The position numbers and the translations under genes are program-made. Below, one piece after another: positions 24,979 to 39,233 of a stretch of 64,000 nt of DNA. Origin of the DNA: the human T2T-CHM13v2.0 reference genome, Homo sapiens; NCBI RefSeq assembly GCF_009914755.1, contig NC_060948.1. One strand, 5' to 3'. Numbering within the stretch: the first letter of the stretch is position 1; the number at the start of each line of letters is the position of its first letter. A model generated the notes under the pieces. It was not told where the DNA came from and did no database searches. It was given only the letters and a program-made list of their open reading frames with translations.

Positions 24979-27900
24979 GGATTGGAAAGGAATAGAATGG
25001 AATGGAATGGAATGGACTCAAATGGAATGGACTAGAATGGAATGGATTCGAATGGAAGGCAAAGGAATGGAATCTATTGGAATGGACTGTAATGGAATGG
25101 AATGGAAGGGATTGGAATGGACTCGAATGGAATGGACTGCAATAGAAAGGATTTGAATGGAATGAAAAAGAATTGAATGGAATAGAACAGAATGGAATCA
25201 AATCGAATGAAATGGAATGGAATAGAAAGGAATGGAATGAAATGGAATGGAAAGGATTCGAATGGAATGCAATCGAATGGAATGGAATCGAACGGAATGG
25301 AATAAAATGGAAGAAAACTGGCAAGAAATGGAATCGAAATGAATGGAGTGTTATGGAACGGACTCAAAAGGAATTGAATGTAATAGAATGGAGTGGAGTG
25401 GACTCGAATATAATGGACTGGAATGGAATGAAATCACATGGAATGGGAACGAATGGAATGGAATGGAAAGGAATGGAATCGAATGGAAAGGAATCGAATG
25501 GAAGGGAATGAAATTGAATCAACAGGAATGGAAGGGAATAGAATAGACGGTAATGGAATGGACTCGAATAGAATGGACACGAATGCTCAAATTGAATGGA
25601 CTCGAATGGAATGGAAACGAAAGGAATGTCATCGAATGGAATTGAATCGATTGGAATGAAATCGCATAGAATGGAGTGGAATCAAATGGAATTGAATCGA
25701 AAGGAAAGGAAGCGAATGGACTGAAATGAAATGGAATGGAATTGAATGGAAAGTAATGCAATGGAATAGAATGGAACGAAATTTCACGGAATGGAATCAA
25801 ACTGAATAGAATCAAATCAATGGAATCAAATCAAATGGAATGGAAAGGAATTGAATGGAGTAGATTGGATTGGATGGGATTGGAATGAAATGTACTGGAA
25901 AGGACTCGAATTTCATGAAACGGAATGGAATGAATTGGAACGGAATGGACTCGAATGGAATGGAATGTCATGGAATGGCATCAAATGGAATGGTATCAAA
26001 TGGAATGGAATCGAATGCAATGGAATGCTATGGAATGGAATGGAATGCATTGGAATGGAATGTCCTCTAATGGAATGGATTCGAGTGGAATGGAATCGAA
26101 TATAATGGAGTCGAATGAAATGGAATTGAAAGGAATGGGATCGAATACAATGGAATATACTGGAATGTAATGTAATGAACTCGAATGTAATTGACTAGAA
26201 TGGAATGTACATGAATGGAATGTAATCGAATGGAAAGTAATCCAATGGAATAGAATCTAATGCAATAAAATCGACTCAGATAGAGTAGAATGTAATGGAA
26301 TGGAGTGCAGTGCAATGGAATGGAATGGAATGGAATGCAATGGAATGGAATGGAATGGAATGGAATGGAATGGGATGGGATGGAATGGTATGGAATGGAT
26401 AGTAATGGACTGGAGTGAAATGGACTGGAAAGGAATGGACTCAAATTGAAAGGGCTCGAAAGGAATGGAGTCAAATGGAATGGTCTGGAATGGAATGAAC
26501 ACGAATGTAATGCAATCCAATAGAATGGAATCGAATGGCATGGAATATAAAGAAATGGAATCGGAGAGAATGGAAACAAATGGAATGGAATTGAATGGAA
26601 TGGAATTGAATGGAATGGGAACGAATGGAGTGAAATTGTATGCAGTAGAAGGGAATAGAATGGAATGCAAGCGAAAGGAAAGGAATGGATTGGAATGGAA
26701 TGGAATTCATTGGAATGGAAGGGAATGTAGTGTAATGGACAGGCCTGGAATAAAGTGGAATGCTACGGTCTCGAATGGAATAAAAATGTATGGAATGGAA
26801 TGCAATGAAATGGAATCGAATGTCATAGAATGTAATGGAATGCAAAAAATGGAATCCAAAATCATTGACTGGAAAGGCTGGGTGTCGAAAGGAATTGACT
26901 CCAATGGAATGGAATCGAATGGAATGGAAGTGAATAGAATCGAACTAAATCGAATGGAATGGAATTGATAGGAACGGAATGGAAAGGAATGCAATGATTT
27001 GGCATGGAATGGAATCGAATGGCATCGAATGGAATGGAATGGAATGCAATGGAATGGAATGTATTAGAATGTAATGAACTTTAATGGAATGTACTCGAAT
27101 GGATTCGACTGGAATGGAATGTTCTGGAAGTGAATGGACTCCAATGGAATGGATTCCAAAGGAATGGAATCGTACGGAATGGAATCTAATGGAATGGAAT
27201 TAAATGGAAATGAATCAAATTGAATAGCACGGAATTGAATTGAATGGAATGGAATGCAATGGAATCTAATGAAACGGAAAGGAAAGGAATGGAATGGAAT
27301 GGAATGGGCTGGAATGGAAAGGAATCGAAACGAATGGAATGGAATCGAACTGAAGAGACTGGAATGGAATGCACTGGAATGGAAGGGAGTGTAATGGAAG
27401 GTTCTCGAAAAAAATGGAATCGAATGGAATGGAATTGAATGGAACGGAATAGAGTCGAATGGAATTGAATGGAATGGAATGGACTAGAGTGAAATGGAAT
27501 CGAACCACAAGGAATGGACAGGAATAGAATGGTCTCGAATTGAATGGAATCGTATGGAATGGCATCAAACGGAATGGAATGGACAGCCACGGAATGGAAT
27601 GCACTCGAATGCAATGGAGTCGAAACTAATGGACTGGAATAGAATGGACTCGACTGGTACGGACTCCAATGCAATGGAATCGAATGGAAGGGAATCGAAC
27701 GGAATGGACTCGAAGGGAAAAGACTGCAATGGAAAGGTCTCGAATGGAATGGAAATTAATGGAATGGAATGGAATCGAATGAAATGGAGTCAAAAGGAAT
27801 GGAATCGAATGGCAAGAAATCGAATGTAATGGAATCGCAAGGAATTGATGTGAACGGAACGGAATGGAATGGAATCCAAAGGAATGGAATAGAATGGAAT

Positions 27901-28536
27901 GGAATCGAATGGAAAGGACTCGAATGGCAATCACTCGAATAGAATGCAATTTAATAAAATAGGATCAAATGTAATGGAATGGAATGGAAAGGAATCGAAA
28001 CGAAAGGAATGGAGACAGATGGAATGGAATGGAACAGAGAGCAATGGTATAGAATGGAACGGAATCATCTGGAATGGAATTGAATGGAATGGAATAATAT
28101 GAAATGGAATGGAATGGAATGGAATGGAATGCCCTTGAATTAAATGGACTGGAATGGAATGGACTCGAACAGAGTGGAATGGAAAGTGTTGAGATAGAAT
28201 GGAATGGACTCCTTTGGAATGGTCTAGTATGCAATGCAATCGACTGGCAGGGAATCAAAAGGAATGTAATCGAATGGATTGGACTGGAATGCAATGGACT
28301 CGAATAGATTGGAAACGGAATGCAAAGGAATGGAATGGAATAGTATGGAATGGAATGGAAAGGAATGGAGTGGAATAGACTAGAGTGGAATGGAATGGAC
28401 TGGAAAGCAATGGACTGGAATGGAACTTTCTTGAATGGACTGGAATCAAACGGAATGGAATGCAATGCAATCAAATGGCATGGAATAAAATAGAATGAAA
28501 GAGAATCAAATGGAATTGAATCGAATGGAATCGAAT
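24979..28536 (+). repeat. Unit 8 (3558 bp)
   Basis: ORF ends at 25367 and 28925; 1-bp deletion in the A-run at 26844-26849. Confidence 0.9.
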
Positions 28537-31500
28537 GGATTGGAAAGGAATAGAATGGAATGGAATGGAATTGACTCAAATGGAATGGACTAGAATGGAA
28601 TGGATTCGAATGGAAGGCAAAGGAATGGAATCTATTGGAATGGACTGTAATGGAATGGAATGGAAGGGATTGGAATGGACTCGAATGGAATGGACTGCAA
28701 TAGAAAGGATTCGAATGGAATGAAAAAGAATTGAATGGAATAGAACAGAATGGAATCAAATCGAATGAAATGGAATGGAATAGAAAGGAATGGAATGAAA
28801 TGGAATGGAAAGGATTCGAATGGAATGCAATCGAATGGAATGGAATCGAACGGAATGGAATAAAATGGAAGAAAACTGGCAAGAAATGGAATCGAAATGA
28901 ATGGAGTGTTATGGAACGGACTCAAAAGGAATTGAATGTAATAGAATGGAGTGGAGTGGACTCGAATATAATGGACTGGAATGGAATGAAATCACATGGA
29001 ATGGGAACGAATGGAATGGAATGGAAAGGAATGGAATCGAATGGAAAGGAATCGAATGGAAGGGAATGAAATTGAATCAACAGGAATGGAAGGGAATAGA
29101 ATAGACGGTAATGGAATGGACTCGAATAGAATGGACACGAATGCTCAAATTGAATGGACTCGAATGGAATGGAAACGAAAGGAATGTCATCGAATGGAAT
29201 TGAATCGATTGGAATGAAATCGCATAGAATGGAGTGGAATCAAATGGAATTGAATCGAAAGGAAAGGAAGCGAATGGACTGAAATGAAATGGAATGGAAT
29301 TGAATGGAAAGTAATGCAATGGAATAGAATGGAACGAAATTTCACGGAATGGAATCAAACTGAATGGAATCAAATCAATGGAATCTAATCAAATGGAATG
29401 GAAAGGAATTGAATGGAGTAGATTGGATTGGATGGGATTGGAATGAAATGTACTGGAAAGGACTCGAATTTCATGAAACGGAATGGAATGAATTGGAACG
29501 GAACGGACTCGAATGGAATGGAATGTCATGGAATGGCATCAAATGGAATGGCATCAAATGGAATGGAATCGAATGCAATGGAATGTTACGGAATGGAATG
29601 GAATGCATTGGAATGGAATGTCCTCTAATGGAATGGATTCGAGTGGAATGGAATCGAATATAATGGAGTCGAATGAAATGGAATTGAAAGGAATGGGATC
29701 GAATAGAATGGAATATACTGGAATGTAATGTAATGAACTCGAATGTAATTGACTGGAATGGAATGTACATGAATGGAAGGTAATCGAATGGAAAGTAATC
29801 CAATGGAATAGAATCTAATGCAATAAAATCGACTCAGATAGAGTAGAATGTAATGGAATGGAGTGCAGTGCAATGGAATGGAATGGAATTGAATGCAATG
29901 GAATGGAATGGAATGGAATGGAATGGAATGGAATGGAATGGGATGGAATGGTATGGAATGGATAGTAATGGACTGGAGTGAAATGGACTGGAAAGGAATG
30001 GACTCAAATTGAAAGGGCTCGAAAGGAATGGAGTCAAATGGAATGGTCTGGAATGGAATGAACACGAATGTAATGCAATCCAATAGAATGGAATCGAATG
30101 GCATGGAATATAAAGAAATGGATTCGAAGAGAATGGAAACAAATGGAATGGAATTGAATGGAATGGAATTGAATGGAATGGGAACGAATGGAGTGAAATT
30201 GTATGCAGTAGAAGGGAATAGAATGGAATGCAAGCGAAAGGAAAGGAATGGATTGGAATGGAATGGAATTCATTGGAATGGAAGGGAATGTAGTGTAATG
30301 GACAGGCCTGGAATAAAGTGGAATGCTACGGTCTCGAATGGAATAAAAATGTATGGAATGGAATACAAAGAAACGGAATCGAATGTCATAGAATGTAATG
30401 GAATGCAACAAAATGGAATCCAAAATCATTGACTGGAAAGGCTGGGTGTCGAAAGGAATTGACTCCAATGGAATGGAATCGAATGGAATGGAAGTGAATA
30501 GAATCGAACTAAATCGAATGGAATGGAATTGATAGGAACGGAATGGAAAGGAATGCAATGATTTGGCATGGAATGGAATCGAATGGCATCGAATGGAATG
30601 GAATGGAATGCAATGGAATGGAATGTATTAGAATGTAATGAACTTTAATGGAATGTACTCGAATGGATTCGACTGGAATGGAATGTTCTGGAAGTGAATG
30701 GACTCCAATGGAATGGATTCAAAAGGAATGGAATCGTACGGAATGGAATCTAATGGAATGGAATTAAATGGAAATGAATCAAATTGAATAGCACGGAATT
30801 GAATTGAATGGAATGGAATGCAATGGAATCTAATGAAACGGAAAGGAAAGGAATGGAATGGAATGGAATGGGCTGGAATGGAAAGGAATCGAAACGAATG
30901 GAATGGAATCGAACTGAAGAGACTGGAATGGAATGCAATGGAATGGAATGCACTGGAATGGAAGGGAGTGTAATGGAAGGTTCTCGAAAAAAATGGAATC
31001 GAATGGAATGGAATTGAATGGAACGGAATAGAGTCGAATGGAATTGAATGGAATGGAATGGACTAGAGTGAAATGGAATCAAACCACAAGGAATGGAGAG
31101 GAATAGAATGGTCTCGAATTGAATGGAATCGTATGGAATGGCATCAAACGGAATGGAATGGACAGCCACGGAATGGAATGCACTCGAATGCAATGGAGTC
31201 GAAACTAATGGACTGGAATAGAATGGACTCGACTGGTACGGACTCCAATGCAATGGAATCGAATGGAAGGGAATCGAACGGAATGGACTCGAAGGGAAAA
31301 GACTGCAATGGAAAGGTCTCGAATGGAATGGAAATTAATGGAATGGAATGGAATGGAATGAAATGGAGTCAAAAGGAATGGAATCGAATGGCAAGAAATC
31401 GAATGTAATGGAATCGCAAGGAATTGATGTGAACGGAACGGAATGGAATGGAATCCAAAGGAATGGAATAGAATGGAATGGAATCGAATGGAAAGGACTC

Positions 31501-32115
31501 GAATGGAAATCACTCGAATAGAATGCAATTTAATAAAATAGGATCAAATGTAATGGAATGGAATGGAAAGGAATCGAAACGAAAGGAATGGAGACAGATG
31601 GAATGGAATAGAACAGAGAGCAATGGTATAGAATGGAATGGAATCATCTGGAATGGAATTGAATGGAATGGAATAATATGAAATGGAATGGAATGGAATG
31701 GAATGGAATGCCCTTGAATTAAATGGACTGGAATGGAATGGACTCGAACAGAGTGGAATGGAAAGTGTTGAGATAGAATGGAATGGACTCCTTTGGAATG
31801 GTGTAGTATGCAATGCAATCGACTGGCAGGGAATCAAAAGGAATGTAATGGAATGGACTGGACTGGAATGCAATGGACTCGAATAGATTGGAAACGGAAT
31901 GCAAAGAAATGGAATGGAATAGTATGGAATGGAATGGAAAGGAATGGAGTGGAATAGACTAGAGTGGAATGGAATGGACTGGAAAGCAATGGACTGGAAT
32001 GGAACTTTCTTGAATGGACTGGAATCAAACGGAATGGAATGCAATGCAATCAAATGGCATGGAATAAAATAGAATGAAAGAGAATCAAATGGAATTGAAT
32101 CGAATGGAATCGAAT
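28537..32115 (+). repeat. Unit 9 (3579 bp)
   Basis: ORF ends at 28925 and 32504; 15-bp insertion near 30923-30952. Confidence 0.9.
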
Positions 32116-35100
32116 GGATTGGAAAGGAATAGAATGGAATGGAATGGAATGGACTCAAATGGAATGGACTAGAATGGAATGGATTCGAATGGAAGGCAAA
32201 GGAATGGAATCTATTGGAATGGACTGTAATGGAATGGAATGGAAGGGATTGGAATGGACTCGAATGGAATGGACTGCAATAGAAAGGATTCGAATGGAAT
32301 GAAAAAGAATTGAATGGAATAGAACAGAATGGAATCAAATCGAATGAAATGGAATGGAATAGAAAGGAATGGAATGAAATGGAATGGAAAGGATTCGAAT
32401 GGAATGCAATCGAATGGAATGGAATCGAACGGAATGGAATAAAATGGAAGAAAACTGGCAAGAAATGGAATCGAAATGAATGGAGTGTTATGGAACGGAC
32501 TCAAAAGGAATTGAATGTAATAGAATGGAGTGGAGTGGACTCGAATATAATGGACTGGAATGGAATGAAATCACATGGAATGGGAACGAATGGAATGGAA
32601 TGGAAAGGAATGGAATCGAATGGAAGGGAATGAAATTGAATCAACAGGAATGGAAGGGAATAGAATAGACGGTAATGGAATGGACTCGAATAGAATGGAC
32701 ACGAATGCTCAAATTGAATGGACTCGAATGGAATGGAAACGAAAGGAATGTCATCGAATGGAATTGAATCGATTGGAATGAAATCGCATAGAATGGAGTG
32801 GAATCAAATGGAATTGAATCGAAAGGAAAGGAAGCGAATGGACTGAAATGAAATGGAATGGAATTGAATGGAAAGTAATGCAATGGAATAGAATGGAACG
32901 AAATTTCACGGAATGGAATCAAACTGAATGGAATCAAATCAATGGAATCAAATCAAATGGAATGGAAAGGAATTGAATGGAGTAGATTGGATTGGATGGG
33001 ATTGGAATGAAATGTACTGGAAAGGACTCGAATTTCATGAAACGGAATGGAATGAATTGGAACGGAATGGACTCGAATGGAATGGAATGTCATGGAATGG
33101 CATCAAATGGAACGGCATCAAATGGAATAGAATCGAATGCAATGGAATGCTATGGAATGGAATGGAATGCATTGGAATGGAATGTCCTCTAATGGAATGG
33201 ATTCGAGTGGAATGGAATCGAATATAATGGAGTCGAATGAAATGGAATTGAAAGGAATGGGATCGAATACAATGGAATATACTGGAATGTAACGTAATGA
33301 ACTCGAATGTAATTGACTGGAATGGAATGTACATGAATGGAATGTAATCGAATGGAAAGTAATCCAATGGAATAGAATCTAATGCAATAAAATCGACTCA
33401 GATAGAGTAGAATGTAATGGAATGGAGTTCAGTGCAATGGAATGGAATGGAATGGAATGCAATTGAATGGAATGGAATGGAATGGAATGGAATGGAATGG
33501 GATGGAATGGTATGGAATGGATAGTAATGGACTGGAGTGAAATGGACTGGAAAGGAATGGACTCAAATTGAAAGGGCTCGAAAGGAATGGAGTCAAATGG
33601 AATGGTCTGGAATGGAATGAACACGAATGTAATGCAATCCAATAGAATGGAATCGAATGGCATGGAATATAAAGAAATGGAATCGGAGAGAATGGAAACA
33701 AATGGAATGGAATTGAATGGAATGGAATTGAATGGAATGGGAACGAATGGAGTGAAATTGTATGCAGTAGAAGGGAATAGAATGGAATGCAAGCGAAAGG
33801 AAAGGAATGGATTGGAATGGAATGGAATTCATTGGAATGGAAGGGAATGTAGTGTAATGGACAGGCCTGGAATAAAGTGGAATGCTACGGTCTCGAATGG
33901 GATAAAAATGTATGGAATGGAATGCAATGAAATGGAATCGAATGTCATAGAATGTAATGGAATGCAACAAAATGGAATCCAAAATCAGTGACTGGAAAGG
34001 CTGGGTGTCGAAAGGAATTGACTCCAATGGAATGGAATCGAATGGAATGGAAGTGAATAGAATCGAACTAAATCGAATGGAATGGAATTGATAGGAACGG
34101 AATGGAAAGGAATGCAATGATTTGGCATGGAATGGAATCGAATGGCATCGAATGGAATGGAATGGAATGCAATGGAATGGAATGTATTAGAATGTAATGA
34201 ACTTTAATGGAATGTACTCGAATGGATTCGACTGGAATGGAATGTTCTGGAAGTGAATGGACTCCAATGGAATGGATTCCAAAGGAATGGAATCGTACGG
34301 AATGGAATCTAATGGAATGGAATTAAATGGAAATGAATCAAATTGAATAGCACGGAATTGAATTGAATGGAATGGAATGCAATGGAATCTAATGAAACGG
34401 AAAGGAAAGGAATGGAATGGAATGGAATGGGCTGGAATGGAAAGGAATCGAAACGAATGGAATGGAATCGAACTGAAGAGACTGGAATGGAATGCACTGG
34501 AATGGAAGGGAGTGTAATGGAAGGTTCTCGAAAAAAATGGAATCGAATGGAATGGAATTGAATGGAACGGAATAGAGTCGAATGGAATTGAATGGAATGG
34601 AATGGACTAGAGTGATATGGAATCGAACCACAAGGAATGGAGAGGAATAGAATGGTCTCGAATTGAATGGAATCGTATGGAGTGGCATCAAACGGAATGG
34701 AATGGACAGCCACGGAATGGAATGCACTCGAATGCAATGGAGTCGAAACTAATGGACTGGAATAGAATGGACTCGACTGGTACGGACTCCAATGGAATGG
34801 AATCGAATGGAAGGGAATCGAACGGAATGGACTCGAAGGGAAAAGACTGCAATGGAAAGGTCTCGAATGGAATGGAAATTAATGGAATGGAATGGAATCG
34901 AATGAAATGGAGTCAAAAGGAATGGAATCGAATGGCAACAAATCGAATGTAATGGAATCGCAAGGAATTGATGTGAAAGGAACGGAATGGAATGGAATCC
35001 AAAGGAATGGAATAGAATGGAATGGAATCGAATGGAAAGGACTCGAATGGAAATCACTCGAATAGAATGCAATTTAATAAAATAGGATCAAATGTAATGG

Positions 35101-35659
35101 AATGGAATGGAAAGGAATCGAAACGAAAGGAATGGAGACAGATGGAATGGAATGGAACAGAGAGCAATGGTATAGAATGGAATGGAATCATCTGGAATGG
35201 AATTGAATGGAATGGAATAATATGAAATGGAATGGAATGGAATGGAATGGAATGCCCTTGAATTAAATGGACTGGAATGGAATGGACTCGAACAGAGTGG
35301 AATGGAAAGTGTTGAGATAGAATGGAATGGACTCCTTTGGAATGGTGTAGTATGCAATGCAATCGACTGGCAGGGAATCAAAAGGAATGTAATGGAATGG
35401 ACTGGACTGGAATGCAATGGACTCGAATAGATTGGAAACGGAATGCAAAGAAATGGAATGGAATAGTATGGAATGGAATGGAAAGGAATGGAGTGGAATA
35501 GACTAGAGTGGAATGGAATGGACTGGAAAGCAATGGACTGGAATGGAACTTTCTTGAATGGACTGGAATCAAACGGAATGGAATGCAATGCAATCAAATG
35601 GCATGGAATAAAATAGAATGAAAGAGAATCAAATGGAATTGAATCGAATGGAATCGAAT
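32116..35659 (+). repeat. Unit 10 (3544 bp)
   Basis: ORF ends at 32504 and 36048; 15-bp deletion near 32612-32626. Confidence 0.9.
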
Positions 35660-38600
35660 GGATTGGAAAGGAATAGAATGGAATGGAATGGAATGGACTC
35701 AAATGGAATGGACTAGAATGGAATGGATTCGAATGGAAGGCAAAGGAATGGAATCTATTGGAATGGACTGTAATGGAATGGAATGGAAGGGATTGGAATG
35801 GACTCGAATGGAATGGACTGCAATAGAAAGGATTCGAATGGAATGAAAAAGAATTGAATGGAATAGAACAGAATGGAATCAAATCGAATGAAATGGAATG
35901 GAATAGAAAGTAATGGAATGAAATGGAATGGAAAGGATTCGAATGGAATGCAATCGAATGGAATGGAATCGAACGGAATGGAATAAAATGGAAGAAAACT
36001 GGCAAGAAATGGAATCGAAATGAATGGAGTGTTATGGAACGGACTCAAAAGGAATTGAATGTAATAGAGTGGAGTGGAGTGGACTCGAATATAATGGACT
36101 GGAATGGAATGAAATCACATGGAATGGGAACGAATGGAATGGAATGGAAAGGAATGGAATCGAATGGAAAGGAATCGAATGGAAGGGAATGAAATTGAAT
36201 CAACAGGAATGGAAGGGAATAGAATAGACGGTAATGGAATGGACTCGAATAGAATGGACACGAATGCTGAAATGGAATGGACTCGAATGGAATGGAAACG
36301 AAAGGAATGTCATCGAATGGAATTGAATCGATTGGAATGAAATCGCATAGAATGGAGTGGAATCAAATGGAATTGAATCGAAAGGAAAGGAAGCGAATGG
36401 ACTGAAATGAAATGGAATGGAATTGAATGGAAAGTAACGCAATGGAATAGAATGGAACGAAATTTCACGGAATGGAATCAAACTGAATGGAATCAAATCA
36501 ATGGAATCAAATCAAATGGAATGGAAAGGAATTGAATGGAGTAGATTGGATTGGATGGGATTGGAATGAAATGTACTGGAAAGGACTCGAATTTCATGAA
36601 ACGGAATGGAATGAATTGGAACGGAATGGACTCGAATGGAATGGAATGTCATGGAATGGCATCAAATGGAATGGCATCAAATGGAATGGAATCGAATGCA
36701 ATGGAATGCTATGGAATGGAATGGAATGCATTGGAATGGAATGTCCTCTAATGGAATGGATTCGAGTGGAATGGAATCGAATATAATGGAGTCGAATGAA
36801 ATGGAATTGAAAGGAATGGGATCGAATAGAATGGAATATACTGGAATGTAATGTAATGAACTCGAATGTAATTGACTGGAATGGAATGTACATGAATGGA
36901 ATGTAATCGAATGGAAAGTAATCCAATGGAATAGAATCTAATGCAATAAAACCGACTCAGATAGAGTAGAATGTAATGGAATGGAGTTCAGTGCAATGGA
37001 AGGGAATGGAATTGAATGCAATGGAATGGAATGGAATGGAATGGAATGGAATGGAATGGAATGGAATGGAATGGGATGGAATGGTATGGAATGGATAGTA
37101 ATGGACTGGAGTGAAATGGACTGGAAAGGAATGGACTCAAATTGAAAGGGCTCGAAAGGAATGGAGTCAAATGGAATGGTCTGGAATGGAATGAACACGA
37201 ATGTAATGCAATCCAATAGAATGGAATCGAATGGCATGGAATATAAAGAAATGGAATCGAAGAGAATGGAAACAAATGGAATGGAATTGAATGGAATGGA
37301 ATTGAATGGAATGGGAACGAATGGAGTGAAATTGTATGCAGTAGAAGGGAATAGAATGGAATGCAAGCGAAAGGAAAGGAATGGATTGGAATGGAATGGA
37401 ATTCATTGGAATGGAAGGGAATGTAGTGTAATGGACAGGCCTGGAATAAAGTGGAATGCTACGGTCTCGAATGGAATAAAAATGTATGGAATGGAATGCA
37501 ATGAAACGGAATCGAATGTCATAGAATGTAATGGAATGCAAAAAAATGGACTCCAAAATCATTGACTGGAAAGGCTGGGTGTCGAAAGGAATTGACTCCA
37601 ATGGAATGGAATCGAATGGAATGGAAGTGAATAGAATCGAACTAAATCGAATGGAATGGAATTGATAGGAACGGAATGGAAAGGAATGCAATGATTTGGC
37701 ATGGAATGGAATCGAATGGCATCGAATGGAATGGAATGGAATGCAATGGAATGGAATGTATTAGAATGTAATGAACTTTAATGGAATGTACTCGAATGGA
37801 TTCGACTGGAATGGAATGTTCTGGAAGTGAATGGACTCCAATGGAATGGATTCCAAAGGAATGGAATCGTACGGAATGGAATCTAATGGAATGGAATTAA
37901 ATGGAAATGAATCAAATTGAATAGCACGGAATTGAATTGAATGGAATGGAATGCAATGGAATCTAATGAAACGGAAAGGAAAGGAATGGAATGGAATGGA
38001 ATGGACTGGAATGGAAAGGAATCGAAACGAATGGAATGGAATCGAACTGAAGAGACTGGAATGGAATGCACTGTAATGGAAGGGAGTGTAATGGAAGGTT
38101 CTCGAAAAAAATGGAATCGAATGGAATGGAATTGAATGGAACGGAATAGAGTCGAATGGAATTGAATGGAATGGAATGGACTAGAGTGAAATGGAATCGA
38201 ACCACAAGGAATGGACATGAATAGAATGGTCTCGAATTGAATGGAATCGTATGGAATGGCATCAAACGGAATGGAATGGACAGCCACGGAATGGAATGCA
38301 CTCGAATGCAATGGAGTCGAAACTAATGGACTGGAATAGAATGGACTCGACTGGTACGGACTCCAATGGAATGGAATCGAATGGAAGGGAATCGAACGGA
38401 ATGGACTCGAAGGGAAAAGACTGCAATGGAAAGGTCTCGAATGGAATGGAAATTAATGGAATGGAATGGAATCGAATGAAATGTAGTCAAAAGGAATGGA
38501 ATCGTATGGCAAGAAATCGAATGTAATGGAATCACAAGGAATTGATGTGAACGGAACGGAATGGAATGGAATCCAAAGGAATGGAATAGAATGGAATGGA

Positions 38601-39233
38601 ATCGAATGGAAAGGACTCGAATGGAAATCACTCGAATAGAATGCAATTTAATAAAATAGGATCAAATGTAATGGAATGGAATGAAAAGGAATCGAAACGA
38701 AAGGAATGGAGACAGATGGAATGGAATGGAACAGAGAGCAATGGTATAGAATGGAATGGAATCATCTGGAATGGAATTGAATGGAATGGAATAATATGAA
38801 ATGGAATGGAATGGAATGGAATGGAATGCCCTTGAATTAAATGGACTGGAATGGAATGGACTCGAACAGAGTGGAATGGAAAGTGTTGAGATAGAATGGA
38901 ATGGACTCCTTTGGAATGGTGTAGTATGCAATGCAATCGACTGGCAGGGAATCAAAAGGAATGTAATCGAATGGATTGGACTGGAATGCAATGGACTCGA
39001 ATAGATTGGAAACGGGATGCAAAGGAATGGAATGGAATAGTATGGAATGGAATGGAAAGGAATGGAGTGGAATAGACTAGAGTGGAATGGAATGGACTGG
39101 AAAGCAATGGACTGGAATGGAACTTTCTTGAATGGACTGGAATCAAACGGAATGGAATGCAATGCAATCAAATGGCATGGAATAAAATAGAATGAAAGAG
39201 AATCAAATGGAATTGAATCGAATGGAATCGAAT
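35660..39233 (+). repeat. Unit 11 (3574 bp)
   Basis: ORF ends at 36048 and 39622. Confidence 0.9.
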
